From Nageia nagi (taxonomy: Eukaryota > Plantae > Pinophyta): a DNA stretch of 64,000 nucleotides. Where the stretch lies: NCBI GenBank assembly GCA_050084985.1, contig JBITNC010000001.1, positions 100,750,001 through 100,814,000 of the forward strand, given 5' to 3'. The notes under the pieces are model-generated. The model ran no database searches. It was not told the DNA's origin and saw only the letters and a list, made by a program, of their open reading frames with translations. Below, piece after piece: positions 62,250 to 64,000 of this stretch (the stretch's first letter is position 1; each line of letters begins with the position of its first letter). The translations under genes were made by a program, and so were the position numbers.

Positions 62250-64000
62250 TGTAGATAACATGAAATAAAAGTTCACTATATGCCAAAAAACCATAACAAT
62301 TATGCTTCTAACAAGATGGCACATCTTTAATATCCCATTGTTATCAATTTATTAAAGTCTGGAAGAAGAACATAGAGCCCACCAAGCAAGTAAAAGAGTA
62401 GTGCATGAGAAGGAACACTTGCATCCACTTCATCTTAAGTGTTTGACCCCCAGGGCCCTATTAATGTGTCAACACCAACTCATTTCCACATAATAGTGGC
62501 AATTATTCTCTATTCAAGTGAACATAATGTCTACCAACCATCATTACTCTGATTACTGACATCAACAGTAGATCATAAGGATTGCAAAGAAGTAGACGGA
62601 GACTAATAAAGCATATAACCCAATCATACCAATCAATGTACAATCAAATAACTACTCAATCAGTTATAGTGCTACCTTCAATCAATAATAGTGTTATATG
62701 TAATTACCTACAAGGTCAAGGAAGGAGCAATCAACGACATGTTAGAAAGATTATAGCTCTATGGACATGGCTAACTAGAAGTTACAAATCCTCAGATAGT
62801 TTAGATAGTTGATGTTGATTAGTACTTATTCATTGTATAATCTAGCACAATTGTAACATTTATGTAAATAGTGCTATTGTAGTTCTTTCATTTAATGCTA
62901 GTAGTAATGTACATTAATGAGATTCAACCACCCAAAGAAGGGGGAGTTGTATAAATAGCTAGTTTTTAGAAATTAAGAAGGTCAAATATTTTAACAAATT
63001 TTCCCTAATTTGTAAATGTAATTCACATATGATAATGCAATTAGACAATGTTTTGACCTCTTGCAACAAAGTGGCTATTATTGCTTTTATGAATGTTATG
63101 TGTGGAATGTCTTCTTCAAATTGTGGCTGTGTATTGTGATTGCAAGACCCCAAGTGTAAGATACTCTACTATTCTTAATCTTGGCTATGGATTACTACTT
63201 GTGCTGCAATGCCTGGGTTGTAAATTTTCTATTTTAATTGTTTATTTACTTATTTTTTTCTTGTAACTCTTTACCTTTTTATTCCTTTCCTATTACTTTT
63301 GACCTTAAACATAGATAGGAACTAGCCTATAAATTGAAGATTGAGAAGAAAACCAACATGAGTGCATCCCCACCACCTTCTACTCTTTCAAGGAACCTAT
63401 CATTGTGGGAAGTGGAGAACACAACTAGAACAAACCATTGAGGTTATGTTATATTTATCAATAGTAGCTAGTTCTATATTTGGCACACTTGATGGGACAT
63501 GAGCTAAATATCATATTTAATGGGCATTATTAGGCTTGATAGCCTCATCTGGTGGGTTATCAAATTGATCCTTTAAGATTATAAGGTTTTTGTAACCTTG
63601 TTGGCAACTTTGCTATCAACCAGTCAAATTTTTTGAATGTTGGCACCTCTAGAATATAGACTAACTAGAAGTAGTGCCAAAAATTCCCTTAGATAGCCTA
63701 GATTTCAAGAGTTTTCACTTCTTCATAATAGGATTAGATGAAATATATCTTGGGTTGTGTCTCCTTTTATCCCTTTGAGAGATACACCTTTGTTAGTTGT
63801 ATTTGACTCATTCCCAAAAAATCCTTCACCTCTTGTACATTCTATAAGTATGGCTCAACCAGTAGATTTTCCTACCTAGAATAACAGTCATCCTTTGGTT
63901 GTAGCTGCTAATTCATCACCTATACCTCAAGCAACTTTTAAAGTTTTGCCTAAGTATGATGGCCCTAAAAATATGCCATATGAGCATTATCAACATGTAT
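62250..64000 (+). mobile_element. start of another gypsy element: LTR (start uncertain) ending ~63478, PBS 63481-63498, gag start at the window edge
   Basis: tggcacacttgatgggac differs from the tRNA-Arg-type PBS TGGCACGCCCGGTGGGAC only by transitions. Gag-like LPKYDGPKNMPYEHY at ~63946-63990; TATA-like site at 62950. Confidence 0.6.

Noticed and set aside
60950-62330. DNA-transposon transposase remnant (hAT/Harbinger/CACTA)
   Set aside because: Only vague motif hints (GDQHYLL, TPNLP); no family could be supported by eye.

Overview
AT-rich, CpG-depleted plant nuclear DNA, most likely from a large-genome gymnosperm (inferred from the element families and gene architecture). Most of the window is nested, decayed transposons: a partial Ty1/copia element (1-4017), a full-length 19.1 kb Tat/Ogre-type Ty3/gypsy element with TSD (6974-26095) carrying an antisense Plant Mobile Domain ORF, several copia solo or inverted LTRs, a second Tat-type element (38159-~57350) interrupted by a full-length copia (42893-50826), an internally deleted hAT DNA transposon (58095-59877), and the start of another gypsy element at the right edge. 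A ~5 kb gene island (32.9-38.1 kb) holds an intact, intronless uL18-like gene (+) facing a COR413-type pseudogene (-; exons 2-4, with exon 4 duplicated). The most unusual structure is the second Tat element. Its apparent 5' LTR is ~5.9 kb after removing the nested copia, and it contains a 7-copy palindrome array, its own TATA box and a ~1,090-codon decayed ORF, all upstream of the PBS. Its archaeal-type RNase H lies between protease and RT. All calls were read by eye; no database searches were run.
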